Shown: piece by piece, positions 31,212 through 44,610 of the stretch
How positions within the stretch are numbered: the first letter of the stretch is position 1
How the letters are laid out: each line of letters starts with the position of its first letter
Origin: Bilabrum cf. latius
Taxonomy: Eukaryota
Assembly (NCBI GenBank): GCA_965178125.1
Contig: OZ237772.1
Location: forward strand, 310,001 to 374,000
Direction: 5' to 3'
DNA: 64,000 nt
The notes under the pieces: model-generated
Database searches by the model: none
The model's input: the letters and a program-made list of their open reading frames with translations, nothing else
Told to the model about the DNA's origin: nothing
Translations under genes and position numbers: made by a program

Positions 31212-34035
31212 TCAATGGCCCTCCTCCCCCGCCAGCAGCCCCGCCAAGAGGCCCCAGTCTCCCGTCTTCACCGCTCCCCTGCACTTTTGCACAAACACTC
31301 CCCTGCCCGGGCCCATCCTCAGAGACGCGGCCTTCTGGATGCACTCGTTGATCCACTTCAACCGACCCATCAGACGCCCGTGCGCCATGGCACGCCTGGC
31401 GTGCTCCCCTAGAAGCTCCGCCGACACCTCCTGCAGCCGAGCATAGGATCGCCTCAGACCCCCCACGTTCTCCGTTAACCGAGCGTCTTCCGCGCGGGCC
31501 ACCAGGGCCTTGATCGCATTGGATCGGTCCGCCGCTTCTGCACTCAGCCGGAGCCTCATTCCCTGCTGTTCCTTGATCTCTGCCCCGGCCTCTAGGACTT
31601 TGGCGTGCTGCTGCGGCAGGGAGACAACCAGATTGCCCGACTCGGAGCCGTCACTCATCACACGCACGCCCAGCCAGTCGTACATGTCCTGCACCACGCA
31701 CGTGGCGAGCGGCAGTGCGCTGCATCCAATCCGCACCACGCAGCCCGCGGCGCCGCCGTTTCCCTGCCCCCGGCTCCCTCCTCCCCTGGGCCGCGCCAGC
31801 ACCGTGAGAACAGGGAGGTCCTCGCCCCCCACTCCCCCCCCCCTCGCCCCCCTTGCCACCCCCGGGCCCCACCACGGGGGCAAGCCTCCTGAAGGCCATG
31901 GAGAGTGTGCCTCCACCGAGGGAGGAGGCAGTTTGCATGGCACGGCGGGGCAGCAGGAACCGCTGCTGGGCCCAGAGCCCCACTCTGGACACCTCCTCGC
32001 TCTCCAGCTCAAACTGCACGTAACCGCTGGGCGCCAGCACCCGGTCCAGAATGGCGGCCCCGCCGCTGCCGACCCCGCTCGAGGGACCGAAGGATGACCC
32101 CATGCCGGGGCCGGGGGAATTCCCCTGGGCGTCCCCCCCCGGGGGCGCGAGCACCTCAGTCGTCCCCAGGAAACTCCACATCGCGAAGCGAGGCAGCCGC
32201 AGCTGCTTCCGAAACACATGGCACTGCGTGGCGGACCGAAGCCTCCCGCACAGCGCCTGTATGCTCAGCACCACGGGCTCGTCTCTCTCCAACCGGAGGG
32301 GGAACCGGAGCGCGCCGGTTGCAACCGTGGGCGCAAACATCATGCTCTCCTGGCCCCCCGGCAGCGCCGCGGAATCCAAGGCCATGACGAGTGCGCTTCG
32401 GACGTGCGCTGCGTGCGACACCCGCATGGACACTAGCACAGCACCCGCCTCCTCATCCTGCAGCGTCTCCGCCTGCAGCGCAGTCGCGACATGGAGGCTG
32501 TTACCGTCCTGCTTGCCCTCCCTTAGGCTCTTCTCTCTCCTCTCCAGCGCACGGAGCTCCGCTTCAAGCGCACCCTTTCTTTCCTGCAGATCCTAGACCG
32601 CCTGCACGTCGGCCGATGTGGCCACCAGACCCGCCGCCTCCGCCGCTGCCCCTCCCGCGGTTGCAACCTCGGCCTCCACCGGCCTGAGACCTTGCACGGT
32701 CCCGTCCGCCCGCACCACCAGCAGCGAGTCCTCCTGCGCCCGGCGGTAGTCGCACCGCAGCAAAGCGCTGACCGAGGAGGAAGACGAAGACGTGCCCGCA
32801 CCCGCGCTGGCTCGCGCCCCCATGGCCCCTGCCTGCGTCGGATCGTCCCTGTACACGAGCTGCCCCGAATCCGCCCTGCGCGCCTCTAGCCTGCCACCCT
32901 CCCACCCGCTGACCACCTCCACCTCGCCGTCCGCGTCCAGGTCGAAGGCGCCCACGGCCATGGGCGCCATCTTGGCCTTGACGCGCCATTTCCGGTTTAG
33001 GCCCCGGTACACCCCCACGGTGCCGTTCCTCAGCGCGTAGCCCATGCGCTCGCCCTGGCCCTGTGAGATGGCGGCTTCGCTCGACGCGGCGCTCAGCTTC
33101 CTTCCGCGGGCCATGGGCGTGCGGCTCGCTGCGGAACCGGCCGCGGCGCCGGTGGGCGGCAGTGCCATGAACGGGTGGTCCAGCCGGCACAGGTCGGTTG
33201 CAACCGCCGTCTCGATCACCTCCGCCTGCACGTCCTCCCCCTGGAAAAACCGGAACTCCAGGTCGGCACTGGCTGCCACGAGCGACCGCCTCCCCGTCGC
33301 GGAGCCCCCGACGGCTCCCGCGCCGCCGCCGCCCCCGGTTCCGACCGTCTCGAGCGCGGTGACCTCGTCCCCCGTCACCGTCCACAGGGCCTCCTCTCCG
33401 GCACCGTCGAAGGCCTGCAGGGAACAATTCCCGCCCGCCACGGCCAAGCTGCTGGCCGTACGGGCCTGCTGCCGGGCCCCCGCGCCGCTTTCTGCGGAAC
33501 CGTGCGCGGCGTCGCCCTCTGATTCCGCCGAGTCCGCAGCAGCGGCGGCCGCCGGCCCCGCGCTAACCCCCCCCAGTGCGCTCGCGTGCGCGGAACTGCC
33601 CTCAGCCGCGTTCAAATTTGCGACCAGCAGCGCACTAACTCCCTCCGACACCTCTTTCGAGAAAGCGTCGGCGTTCCTGTGGGGGTCGTATGCAAGCAGC
33701 GAGGATCCGCTGCCCACGAGCAAGAGGTCTCTGGGACCGGTCTCTGCCGCTGAGGCGTCGCCGCGAAGATGACCGGCTGCCACTGCCGTGACCTTGCGGT
33801 TTACGTTTAGCTGTCGGGTGTGGCGGGCGCGCCCGCGATCTAGGCCAGCACTTGCGCCGCCAAGCATGGCGCCGCCGCCGTCTGCGTCTGATTCGAAGGG
33901 AAGATGCAGCACAACCTTGCCCCCCGGCGCGCCAGCCGCCATCCCAGGGTTGTTTCCATCAAAGTACCCGGCGCATGCCTGTCCTTGCTGGACCGTGGAG
34001 CCAAAGTCAGCACGAAACGCAGGAATCAGCGGCAT
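31212..34035 (-). CDS. BBS2: Bardet-Biedl syndrome 2 protein (BBSome subunit); apparent 1-nt frameshift at a G10 run near 31834-31843
   Basis: The N-terminus MPLIPAF..GYFDGNNPGMAAGAPGGKVVLH, RDLLLVGS, GGNCSLQAFD..LWTVTGD, YALRNGTVGVY, FDLDADG and C-terminal IKALVARAEDARL..INECIQKAASLRMG match BBS2. TAG 32593 is read through. Confidence 0.9.
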
Positions 34036-34423
34036 GGCAAATCAGAGGGCCAACGCCTGCGATTTAGCAATGATAAATCCCCAGCAACCACATAGGTTGT
34101 TGCAAGTACGTGCATGACCAAGCGCGGTGACTTTAATTCAGTGCAGGGTGGTGTGTTGCACTTGTCTACACATCAGAAGCGATATCCAACACCATGCCAA
34201 ACCGCTTGCCACCACTGACACCCCGTATGTCTATGCAAAGGCAATATGCGTATTCTCACTTCTCTGCTAGGTCCACTAGTCCCACTATAGTTGCAAGTCT
34301 TGTTTCAAGCACGTTGATGAGAGGCGCCGCGCACGGCGGCCCGGGTATTGTGCGGAACTTAGTGGTCGCAGCACATGGATCTGCAACACCAGCGGACTGG
34401 CAGAGAAGCTAGTGCCCTGTACA

Positions 34424-36683
34424 ATGTCATCAGCTCGTACCGTGTTTGGTCGAAAGGTAAGACTTGACGCGACGTGCGTACTTTGCTGTACTGGCCCGAA
34501 CTCCCCTCGTTGCAGTGTTGTATGCACCGATGCTAGTGACTGTGTTGAAACTTGTCGCGCAGTTTGCGGAGGCTGTCGGGTATAGTACAGCATCTTCAGA
34601 CCCGGAAGTACAAGCGTGCAACAAGCGGGTCGAATCACTGATCCAGGAACTATATGCTCTGCGGCAGCGACTGGAGGCATATCGAGACAACGTGCTCAAG
34701 CCACCTTCCTCGTACGAAGTCGACTTGGCCGGATATCTCGGAGAAATTTCGAGAGAAATAGGAAACAGAGCGTCGGATGGCTCGGGCGTCCATGCAATCG
34801 AAGCGTACACAGCGTTCCACGACACGACCGAGGCGAAGGCAGCACAAGTGCAGGACCAGATGAAGCAAGCCTTCGACAAGGTGCTGTTCACCTACCTGGG
34901 GAAATGGGAGGAGCGCGTGCTCAAGTGCAGGGAGCTGCATTCCGCGTGCGAAGAATCCCGCGTGCAGCGAGATCACTACCGGGATAAGCTAGCCCAGCTG
35001 CAGCAGCAGGCGAGAGATGCCCAGTCGGGGGGAGCCACCGTGTCTGCTTCCGACAAGGAGCGGCTGGAGCGAAACAGGAAGAAGTTCGGCGACGCGCAGC
35101 GAACCTTCGAAGAGCGCAAGCAGGTGTTTGTGAACGCCGCCGACACAGAGCACGCGATGCGAGGAGCCCACACGGACACTGTGCTCCTGCGCCTCATGCA
35201 GATGCAGCAGACCCGGCTTGACCGGCTCAGGGGGATTTGCGACCAGTACTCCATGCACACGGGGAAGTTACTCGCAGAATTCAAGGCGCGCGGTGAGGGT
35301 GGATTCGGAGCCAAGCAGCTGAAGGGGGTCGGTGACAGGGTGTTTGTCGGGGCCGGGGAACAAGAACAGCACCAAGGAGGGGGAGAACGAGGAGGGGAAG
35401 GGCAGCCATCGGCCCCGCCGCCTACCGCCTCATCATCGGGTGCCGCCAATGGGGGGGACCATTTTGATGACCCGTTCGGGGATGGCTCCGGTGCAGGTGC
35501 ATCGCACGGCAGTGCGGGGTCGCCCGGACGATCACGCGGCAAGAAGGGCTCCAAGGGCAGGGGGAAAGGGAAAGGCAAGGGCAAGAGAGGGAAGTCAAAA
35601 GCGGCGCCAGCGACTGACGAATGGGATGACCCGTTCGGAGATGATGCCGAGGGCGGTGGGGCAGCTTCGTCCCAGGATGCAGCGCACGGTGGCGCACGTG
35701 GAGCAGGTGGGCTGTCGGTTGCTTCGCTGGCTGCTGCGGCCTCTGCTGCATCTGACGCCAAGCAGGCTGCCGCCACCAAGTCGACTGCTGCAGGCGGAGG
35801 CGATCCATTCGATCCGTTTGCAGAGGAAGGCGATTCCGGGAGCGCGGGATCGATTCCCGTTGGCGTGTCCCCTCCGAGCTTGCCTGCTGCTGCACCAGCT
35901 TCTGGAGGCAGAGCCAGCCGAAGGAGAAGGGGACAACACGGTGCTGGTGCTGGTGCTGGTGCTGGTGCTGGTGCTGGTGCTGGTGCTGGTGCTGGTGCTG
36001 GTGCTGGTGCTGGTGCTGGGGGGAATAGCTGGGCCGCATTCGGGGATGAGGACGATGACGGTGGCGCCGCGCAAATCAAGTAGGTTCCGCACGCGAGCGA
36101 TCCGTTTGGCGACTTCGGGGCGGACGAACCATCCGCCCCCGGTTCCAACGGTGTGACGAGTGCGGCAGATCCATCGGACCCGTTCGGCGGGCTCTCGGCG
36201 GCTCCCGCCCCCACTCCAGCTGCTGCAGGTCTACCCCAGCGGGGTGGTTCCGCTACCGGCGCCGCGCAACCTGCATAGAATCCGTTCGACGACATGGACA
36301 TGGGGTTCGATGGTCCCAGCGAAGGTTCCCCCGCCCCTGGTGCGGTGGACAGCGATCCTGGTATGATGGGTGGGTTCCACTGGCAGTCCGTGGCTGGTGC
36401 TGGTGCTGGCGCTGGCGCTGCGAGTGCAGCCCCCCCCCCCCCCCTTGGTGGGGTCATGCCCGGTGGCAGCGCAGGGGTCATCTCTGCACCTGCACCTGGC
36501 CCGAGTAGTGCAGCATAGCACCAGCAGGATGACTAGGACGACGACGATGTCTTTGCTGCGGCTGCATTCGGCGTGGCGGCGGCAGCTGCGGTTGGCGGCA
36601 AGAAAAAATAGACACCTGCAGCACCCGCTCCGGCTCCAGCGTAGCCGCAGGATGATGACTTTGACCCGTTCGGAGGGTTCTGA
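34424..36683 (+). CDS. BAR-domain protein with DPF/NPF-rich tail (endocytic adaptor-like); join(34424..34456,34563..36683)
   Basis: GTAAGA..GCAG intron 34457..34562 and a helical BAR-like region (RDHYRDKL..LERNRKKF). DPF/NPF motifs occur on both sides of 6 TAGs and the protein ends FDPFGGF-TGA. Confidence 0.7.
35940..36017 (+). repeat. (GGTGCT)13 coding microsatellite = poly(Gly-Ala)
   Basis: Perfect hexamer repeat in frame. Confidence 0.9.
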
Positions 36684-36889
36684 GGCTCACATCGCTGCTG
36701 AACTAGAAGCAATGTGTGTGTGTGGTGAATTGTTGGGCCCAAAGCAAGGTGCACGGCACTGCTCCATCATGCCAATCAACATCGATTCCAGCACTGTGTC
36801 AATCAATGTCGGCAGATGCCCACATACTTCTGCACTGACGTTTTGTTCACTGGGTATCGCATGAGCCTGTGTTAAGTTGCTGGAAGACC

Positions 36890-39550
36890 ATGGGACTCTT
36901 GTTCTCGAGTGCTTCAACTGCTGCAGCAAGCAAACCAGTACCATAGGAAAGCACCGAAACCGCCTGCCATCATGATGATGCCTTAATAAATATTCAATCA
37001 TGCTCGACTGAAGACATTCAGTTAGTGTTTGAAAGGTTCGGATTTCGAAATAGAGCTCGTGCTCGTGCTGCTGCCCTAGTTGCGGCACGCCCTATCCACC
37101 ACGTGTCTGATTTGCCCTTGCTGCCAGGTTTTACTGACCGGTCCATTGCTGCCTTGGCCAAAGGAGTAGATCCGCGATCGCTGCCGGGTCTGCCACTGGC
37201 GCTGAGCGCAGCTGAGCGCAGTGCAGTGTGGCCAGCGAGTGTCTGCTCATTGATCGCCAAAGAGGAGCGAATCGGGCTCACAGGTAGCAGAACACCGATC
37301 TTTCGAAGCGATAAATATCAAGCGGCTGCTGGTAGCGCAGCATCTGCGGCACCCGACCTCCAATTACCTCAAATGCTCACTGGTGGAAGTACGTCGCCAG
37401 CTGCTCTACTGCGAGTGATCACGTGGAACATGGGGTCACTGGGATCCCCAGCCCGCTATGAGCGGCGCAGCGTTGGAGCTCTTGCGACCATCCGAAGGAT
37501 GCTCACCCACTTGTGCTCGCCCACAGGGGGCGCCTTCCGGGGATCGATCGCAGGAGCTGGATCAGACGAAACACCAGCGGGCGCAGTAGGGCGCACAGAT
37601 GCTAGCGTAGATGCCGTGCATTGGACAGTGCCGCCGGTCGGCTTTTTCACCAGTGGACGCAGCCAGCGCGCCGGCAAGCAAGTGCCTCGAGGTCAGCTAG
37701 TTGAAGTGTCCGCCGGCAGCGTGCTGGTGGGGCAGGAGCTTCACAGCCTCGGGCTATGGAGGCGGCTCGTGGGCGATGCATTCGGTTGCATTGGAGGCTG
37801 CAGGAGCCCCGGCAGCTCTATGGGATGTGGAGCTGGCGCTTCACCTGCCGCAGGGGCCACGACACCTCAGTCTGCCAGCGGTGATGAGGCAGCAGGAAAA
37901 GGCCTGGCCACACCGCAGCATCCGGACTCGGAGTTCGAATGGGCTGCGGTTCGGCAGGACGGAGTGGTTGCAACCTCAATGGACGGCGTGGTTGCAACCG
38001 GCCTCAGTCCCTGGATCCCCATGGGCGCCTTGGGGCTGGATGTCATCGAAGAGGAGGAGAGGCAATTCGCCATGGAAGCTGGGATGGATCCGCCGTGGCC
38101 TCATGCCATGCCTGCAAGGGGAGTTGCAAGCGGTGGTGACAGTTCAATGTCAAAGAGGGACTCGGCCCCTGGATCAGCTTGCACTGATGGTCCAAGCTAG
38201 AAAATCGTATCCGGAGCTTCGTCAGCGCCTACTTCTTCGTCATCGTCATCATCGTCGGTGTCAGCACGCGGCGCTGCCGCCTTGCCCTCCAACCCTGCCC
38301 CGCCCTAGAGCCGCATCGAAGCGAGAGGCCCCGAGTGGACGGTGTTCCTGTGGAAGAACAGCAGTGTGACGAGTGAAGGACGGTCTCGCGTACGGGTTGA
38401 GCTCATGCGACGTATGAGCGAAGCATAGAGCAGCAGTGTGACGAGTGGGAAGGGCTCCGTAGCAGCCGCTTCCTCGGGGCAATATTCGGTAGGATCATTT
38501 GCCCATTGTGTATCCAACTGTAAGCATAGAGACTCAACACCTTCCGGTCACGAGGTGGCAACATCCGGCGATTTCAACGCCCTTCTGGTTGGCCAGGTGG
38601 TCTCGCTATCGGAGCAGGTCACCGGTGGATCGGCTGCTTCTGAGTGTGACGAGTGCGGAATGGTGCGACCGCCGGCCGTGTGCGCCCTGCGAGTGACGGT
38701 CCTGCGCCAGCCCTTTGCGCGCGATTCTGGCACACGCGGCACTGCTGAAGCCAAGCCGTGCAAGGGCAGCGAAGGAGTAGAGGCGGGCAAGTGCGATGGA
38801 AGCCAGGCGAAGGGAGCAGGCGACGGTGATTCATATCCGCTCGTCACACATAGGTAGGTGGGCACATCGTGCTCTAGACCGCTCGTCTTGTTGGGCGCGC
38901 ACTGCGTTTTCGGAGCCGCTAGATCGGAGCTGGACTCGAGGTGTGAGGCATCGTGGGTGCAGGCCGCCGCAGAACGCCTGCATCTAGAGCTCAAGCAAGA
39001 CCAGTCTAGCAGTCGTAGGGGGTTAAGCGTCGAAGGATACGGCCTCAAACTGCCTGAATCGGCCGCATTTGAGGAATCGCGCTCTGAAGGCACGGCAATG
39101 AGCGCGGGTGCAAGCAGCAGAAGACCATCCTGCACTGCCCGGGCCCGGGCCTGGGCCGAGCAGCTGCACCCGATGGTGGTGCTAGCTGGTGACTTCAATC
39201 TCGCTGCTGGGCCGCATGATCACGGCTGGGACACGCTCCGCAGCATCGGGTGGGATTGCGCGGCGCCAGCAGGCCGTTCCCCGCCTGCTGCAGCCACAGT
39301 CGTAGGCAAGCGAGGCAGCAGCATGGACTCGATTTGGGTGCGCTCCGAGTGGTCCACGCCCGTATAGGGCAACCAGCAAGCCCGAGATATTGCAGCTAGA
39401 AGCGTGATCATCAGCAGTGCCAGCGGGCAGGTGATTCGGTTCGACTTGCCCGAGGAGAGGGAGGCCGGTGCCAGGGGCAGGGCTCGAATGGAGGAACTCA
39501 AGCAGGTGAGCGACCACTTCCCGGTGTGCGCGGATATTCGATTTCCGTAA
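36890..39550 (+). CDS. Endonuclease/exonuclease/phosphatase (EEP) superfamily protein, possibly N-myristoylated
   Basis: MGLLFS start. Motifs LRVITWN, GQE, VVLAGDFN, MDSIWV and VSDHFPV occur in order in one frame across 6 TAGs. The catalytic SDH motif lies after TAG 39365; the stop is TAA 39548-39550. Confidence 0.8.
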
Positions 39551-39731
39551 GATGTGAGAGTTGAGGCACTACCAAAAGCAAGGACGATTTGAGCAGTGTC
39601 CGCGACGAAGGTTCGGACCAAGATCGGGAATCGCGGCAAAGATCCACACCGCGATTGAGCGAACGAGGCCATGTCGAGTTCTCACACCAAAGATACACAC
39701 AGGAGAATACAAGCCAACCAGCCACCAAGCC

Positions 39732-40265
39732 ATGATCGCCACAATCGCAACACTTCTCTCCGGAGCCATTCTCGCCCATGCAGCCATCCCCGGGGCTCTC
39801 CGGGGCATCGGATCGGCGGGCGCACCTTCAGGCGCGGCTGTCGCTGACATGAGTTCTTCCCCACAGGCCAGCGAGCCCCGTGGCAACGACACTGCTCCAT
39901 CCACGGAGGTATGCTCTTCGTCTGGCTCATACCCATACCAGTTCCCAAAGCCCTGCAGCGTGGTGCTTGGCCACGGAAACTCGGCCAACGTGTACATCCA
40001 CATCGACGGCGGGGGCAACGGCCGGATCGGCTGGTTCGTGAACTCCACGCAGGACAGCAGCGCCCCGCTGGACTACATCGTGTACAAGGACGGCAGCGTT
40101 CACACCCAGGGCGGGCTGCATTCCGGCTACCTGGTGCAGGAGCACGACCTGGACGTCGGCCCAGTCGGGAATGGCAACCAGTGGAGCATCAACGTGCACC
40201 AGGCCGATCTCTTCGGGCATGCGCGGGCAGAGCTGGGGTTCTGCCAGGGGCTCAGCTGCCTGTGA
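39732..40265 (+). CDS. Small secreted beta-rich protein, unknown function
   Basis: Signal peptide MIATIATLLSGAILAHA, strong C/G-ending codon bias, four Cys and a TGA stop. Confidence 0.7.
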   Translation: MIATIATLLSGAILAHAAIPGALRGIGSAGAPSGAAVADMSSSPQASEPRGNDTAPSTEVCSSSGSYPYQFPKPCSVVLGHGNSANVYIHIDGGGNGRIGWFVNSTQDSSAPLDYIVYKDGSVHTQGGLHSGYLVQEHDLDVGPVGNGNQWSINVHQADLFGHARAELGFCQGLSCL

Positions 40266-40925
40266 GTTAATCCGGAAGGATCACCGGCGGTCTGTGGCCG
40301 CGCCATGGAACCGCCTGAGGACTGAGCACGGGGCTGATTCGGAGCTTTCCATTGCTGGTGTCGCCCGTCGTTTCCTACAGATGCTTGCTTAGTTGGATGC
40401 AGTGCTTAGTTGCTATGATATACAAAAGTTGCTTTAGTTGAGGGAGACTGGATCAGGCTCTTCCACGACATTGGCTACGTAGCCTACGTATGGGGTATCG
40501 GATTCATGTCGTTGCGCCCATCTTCAGTCCATGGCATGGGCCCCTTACATTATAGCTATAGAATTCAGACAACTTTGACTTTCAATTGGTGATGGCAGCC
40601 CTACTTATCCACCCCTTGCGCCACTGGTGGCACCCACCCCCTAGATGACCCCTCCCATTCAGCCCCCTCGCGGGGTTCTGTCATCGATCCGATCCATAGA
40701 TGAAAAAAAATATTGGTCGGCGACGACCCGCAGGTGGCTCCCACACTTTTTTCCAAGCTAAGCATGTCGGTATCGCCATCCAATGCTCATGCCAGCGCAC
40801 CTCGATGTAAGGAAAGATTGAATTGAGCTAAAACCTATGCCGGTTCCTCTTCCCGGTAGTGATGCAAGTAGCACTGCTTCATGCCGCCTTGACTGCATGT
40901 GTCTAGGGGGTGGCTGATACGAATC

Positions 40926-41912
40926 ATGCCCGAGTAGTCCAATCTTTCAGTACACACTGCAGCCGAGCGAAAGCTTGAAATTCGGATCGATGACAGTACG
41001 TCCAAGGAGGCACTGCAAGCCATCCAGGAGCTCGATTCCGACAAGGATGGAACCGTGTCTCTCGGTGAACTCGTGGCAGCCACACAGAAAATGGCAAACC
41101 TCCAAGCCAACAACGCCAGCTTGCAAAGCTCCGTGTACATGCTGAGCGTTATGGTTCTATTGTCCCTGGTGGCAGTGTTCGGTACGTCATACTTGGCCAT
41201 CATGGCGGCAAAGGACCAGTTCGTGACCGACGGCAAGCTGGTGAGCGGCAGCGGCGATACTATCGCAACGAGCGAGAACATTCAGCGCAACAACGCAGGC
41301 CAAGACTACCGGTCGCTTCTTGGCCTGCAGTACAACGATCTGCTGCAGCTCAAGCAGCTCAGTATTCGCACAGCCCACGGCATGACCGACATGCGAATCG
41401 CAGGCTTCGACCGTCTAGAGGCCGCCGCTGACGCAGGCGTGAGGGACGAGATCACCTTCTACGGCCATTCCGGTCACATGCTGCACATCACACCAGACTC
41501 TGTCGACTTCATTGTGCCTGTTGTGGCGGAAGGTACCGTTCAGTCCGTCCGCCTCAGCGAAGGTGCGGAACAGGGCCGTCGAGCGGAAGCATCCGTGGTG
41601 ATCCCAAGGACTCCTCTCCTGCGCATGTCTCCGGCCGAGATTGACACACATGCAAAGATGGGGTCCTTCGACGGGCTCTCGGAGGCGACGCACTACGTCC
41701 TGCCGCTCCCTGTTCCGGGCCAGAGCCACGCAGATGCGCAGGAGCGGCATCGCCGCCTGGCTGCACGCCGCGAGGACCACGGGCGCCGCCTGTTCATCGT
41801 ATTCCCACTGCCAACGCCAGACGTCTCGCCGGAGATCTTCTTCATCACGGCTCCCATCCCGGACCAAACCATGATCGGACCCACCAACTACGAGTCGTAC
41901 GTGCCTTTTTGA
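40926..41912 (+). CDS. EF-hand plus single TM protein, unknown function
   Basis: ATG CCC GAG TAG.. reads into the EF loop DSDKDGTVSLGEL, then TM MLSVMVLLSLVAVFGTSYLAI; the stop is TGA. Confidence 0.7.
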
Positions 41913-42360
41913 GATGTCCTGCAGGTGCCATCTCGGATGTGCGTGGCGAATGTGTTGGATGCTGAGGCTTGTTGTGTAGACAGCGTTGGGACTCGGGGCT
42001 GTGGTAACGCGATTCGATCGCACCGCTCTCCTTCTCGGCAGCGCAGCCCCGGTCACAATCGGATGACACAGGGAAGGGCGCGTGGGGCGGCACGGCCGGG
42101 CAATGCATGTGTGTTTATTTGTGCCAGCATATGGAATTAGCTTGAGCAAGTCGTACTTTACAAGCGTAACTAATCCATGGATGCATCACGCAAGCAGGAC
42201 CCGCAGAAGACCAGGCACGCTGCAGCTCTGCAGCATGAGGTTCCGTTTGTTCGATTGCAGTGCGCGGCGCCCAATTTACGCATTGATCTATAACAGCATT
42301 GGTGCATTACCACAGCTTCCTCAAAGCATGGCTGGGGTAGGGATGGGTGGTTAGGCTGCT

Positions 42361-44353
42361 ATGCAAGGTGATCCTGGAAGGCATCTTGGTGCGGGGCCCT
42401 CAGGTGCGCCTGCCGGGCCCATCACTGCGGATGATCGAAGAGCGGCATTCCTAGGCGGCGCGAAAAAGCGAAGGCCGGTAGTACAAGTGAATGATATCAC
42501 GGAAGATTTTTTGCGATTCACACTGGATGGATGCGATGTTGGTGTCGCAAATGGGCTTAGGAGAGCCATTATTGCAGAGGTGAGTTCGTTGTCCAAAAGC
42601 ATAGTACGCTGCCTTAGTCCTGCAAACGCATTGCATGGCGCTCATTATAGATTTGCCTCACTCACCTACCAGGTCCCAACTCTTGCGATCGACACGGTTG
42701 AGGTCGAAGAGAATACCACTGTGCTGCATGATGAGTACATTGCTCATCGTCTCGGTGAGTTATCACAGCAATGCGAGCTTCAAGCATTGTCTGAATTGTA
42801 TATTCCCTAATACTCTCAATTGAGTCGCATTGATCTGCCTGCAGGTTTGATTCCTCTGCGGGTGGCCCTCGGAGCTGACTAGTTTGTAGAAGATATCTTC
42901 GGTTTACCAGTGAGACCAAACGTCATGAACGTCCTTTGCTTGCGTTTAAGTATGATGTATTCTCTTCGTTGCGTACCGATCGGCTATTTTGTGCACAGGG
43001 CACGGACGACGCGAGAGAAGTGAACCTCGTGCTGGACGTGAAGAACGGCGCAGAGCCCCTCCGCCTCGTGACCTCCCACGACTTGAAAATCGTCCCCATC
43101 GACACCTCCAGGGACACACTCGTCACAGTGGCCCACACATGCTCCGAGGACGAGGCACAGGGCCTCTACCGCTTCTCTGGGGCAGAGGACGACGACGCCA
43201 TGGAGCAGGAGGCCAAAGAGGCACACGACCGGGGGGCCCCCGAGGAGGACGTAGAGGCGCTCAAGCCAAGACGAGTGCCCGGGGATGCGCCGGGGGGTAT
43301 CCTGTTGGCCAAGCTGGGAGAGTATTAGCACTTGAAACTCAGGTGCCAGGCCACCGTAGGGACGAGCATGATGCACGCGAGGTACATGCCCGTGTCCACT
43401 GTGAGCATGCACCCGTACTTCAGTGTCGCGCTCAACACGGATGAAATCGACGCTTTGACGGAGGAACAGAAACAGGCATTCGTGGCAGAGGCGCAGGCAG
43501 GTGAGAGAACAAGAGGCACTTGCGGAGGTATCGATAGCATGACATCGGGGGCGACTGGGGTGCTGGCCTGATTTTGGGTCGCACTTTACTTGCCTTGCTC
43601 CCCCCCCCGTTCAAGCCCCCCCCCCCCGTCCAAGCTGCCACTTCCTCCGTACTCATCGTAGCTCTTACCAGCACCCTCATTTTCGTTAATAAATGTTGTT
43701 TCCCTACTTCCACCACCGCAGGCATCTTCAAGTACAACGAGACGGAGGGCACGATCGAGTGCGTGGACCCTCAGGGGATCAACTGCCCCGCTGACCTTGA
43801 GCGGGTGGCAGCTCTGCACAGCAAGTCGGACGAGCCTTTGATCGCCATCCACTCGCACCCGACTCGGTTCATTTTCGACGTGGAGTCGACGGGCGTGATG
43901 CCTCCCACAAAGATTGTGCAGTCCGCTCTCAGGCAGCTGCAGATCAAGTTCGGCAGGCTCGCGCGAAGCATCGGGCGAATCAGGGAGGGCGAGAAGGACG
44001 GCACTATCAAGCCCACGGCAGCGGCTGCATTTCAAGGAGGGGCAGGGGCGGGGTTGCTGGCGGACGAGGGCACTGGCCAGGTGGCTGCAGCCGATGGCAC
44101 GGCGGCGGGTGGGGTGGCAGCCAACGCGGGTGTCAGCGTTCCGGCGATCGGGGCGGGCGGGCCGGAGGAGGAGGAGGCGGAGGCCGAGGCAGCCAGGGGG
44201 GGGTAGTACCCGGGCATGGAGATGGGGATGGGGATGGGGATGGATATGGGGGGGATGGGCGGCGGGGTGGGGGCAGGTGGAGGCTACACGCTAGGGGCTG
44301 GGGGGGCTGTCCCCGGTCAGGGGGGCGGCGTGGGGGCATACCAGGGGTTTTGA
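42361..44353 (+). CDS. RPB3: RNA polymerase II subunit RPB3; join(42361..42579,42673..42754,42845..42909,42999..43500,43722..44353)
   Basis: ANGLRRAIIAE|VPTLAIDTVEVEENTTVLHDEYIAHRL|GLIPL, ILLAKLGEY*HLKLRC..HARYMP and FIFDVESTGVMPP. Four GTGAG..AG introns preserve the frame. There are three TAGs and the stop is TGA 44351-44353. Confidence 0.9.
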
Positions 44354-44523
44354 ATCAAAACTATTGATGCTCTGTTCGATGCAGGGGGCGACTTACGCAC
44401 AAATATGTCTTTCTTGTATGAACTATTCAACCGAATCAGACGCGATGGAGTGCGTGCCTGCGTACCGGCCGGCAGCGTAAGGTTACGTAACCTAGACCTT
44501 GTCCAGGTATGCACGTCTCGGTT

Positions 44524-44610
44524 GTGCACTGCAGCACCGTGCACACATCGGCAGTGCACTGCAGCACCGTGCACACATTGGTGGTGCACTGCAGCACAGT
44601 GCGCACATCA
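44524..44610. repeat. Three ~30-bp tandem repeats (GTGCACTGCAGCACCGTGCACACATCGGCA-like) with internal GTGCAC palindromes
   Basis: Units start at 44524, 44554 and 44584, between convergent gene ends. Confidence 0.8.

Noticed and set aside
44524-44610. CRISPR-like array
   Set aside because: The units are contiguous tandem repeats without unique spacers, there are no cas genes, and the context is eukaryotic. The same applies to 59202-59348.
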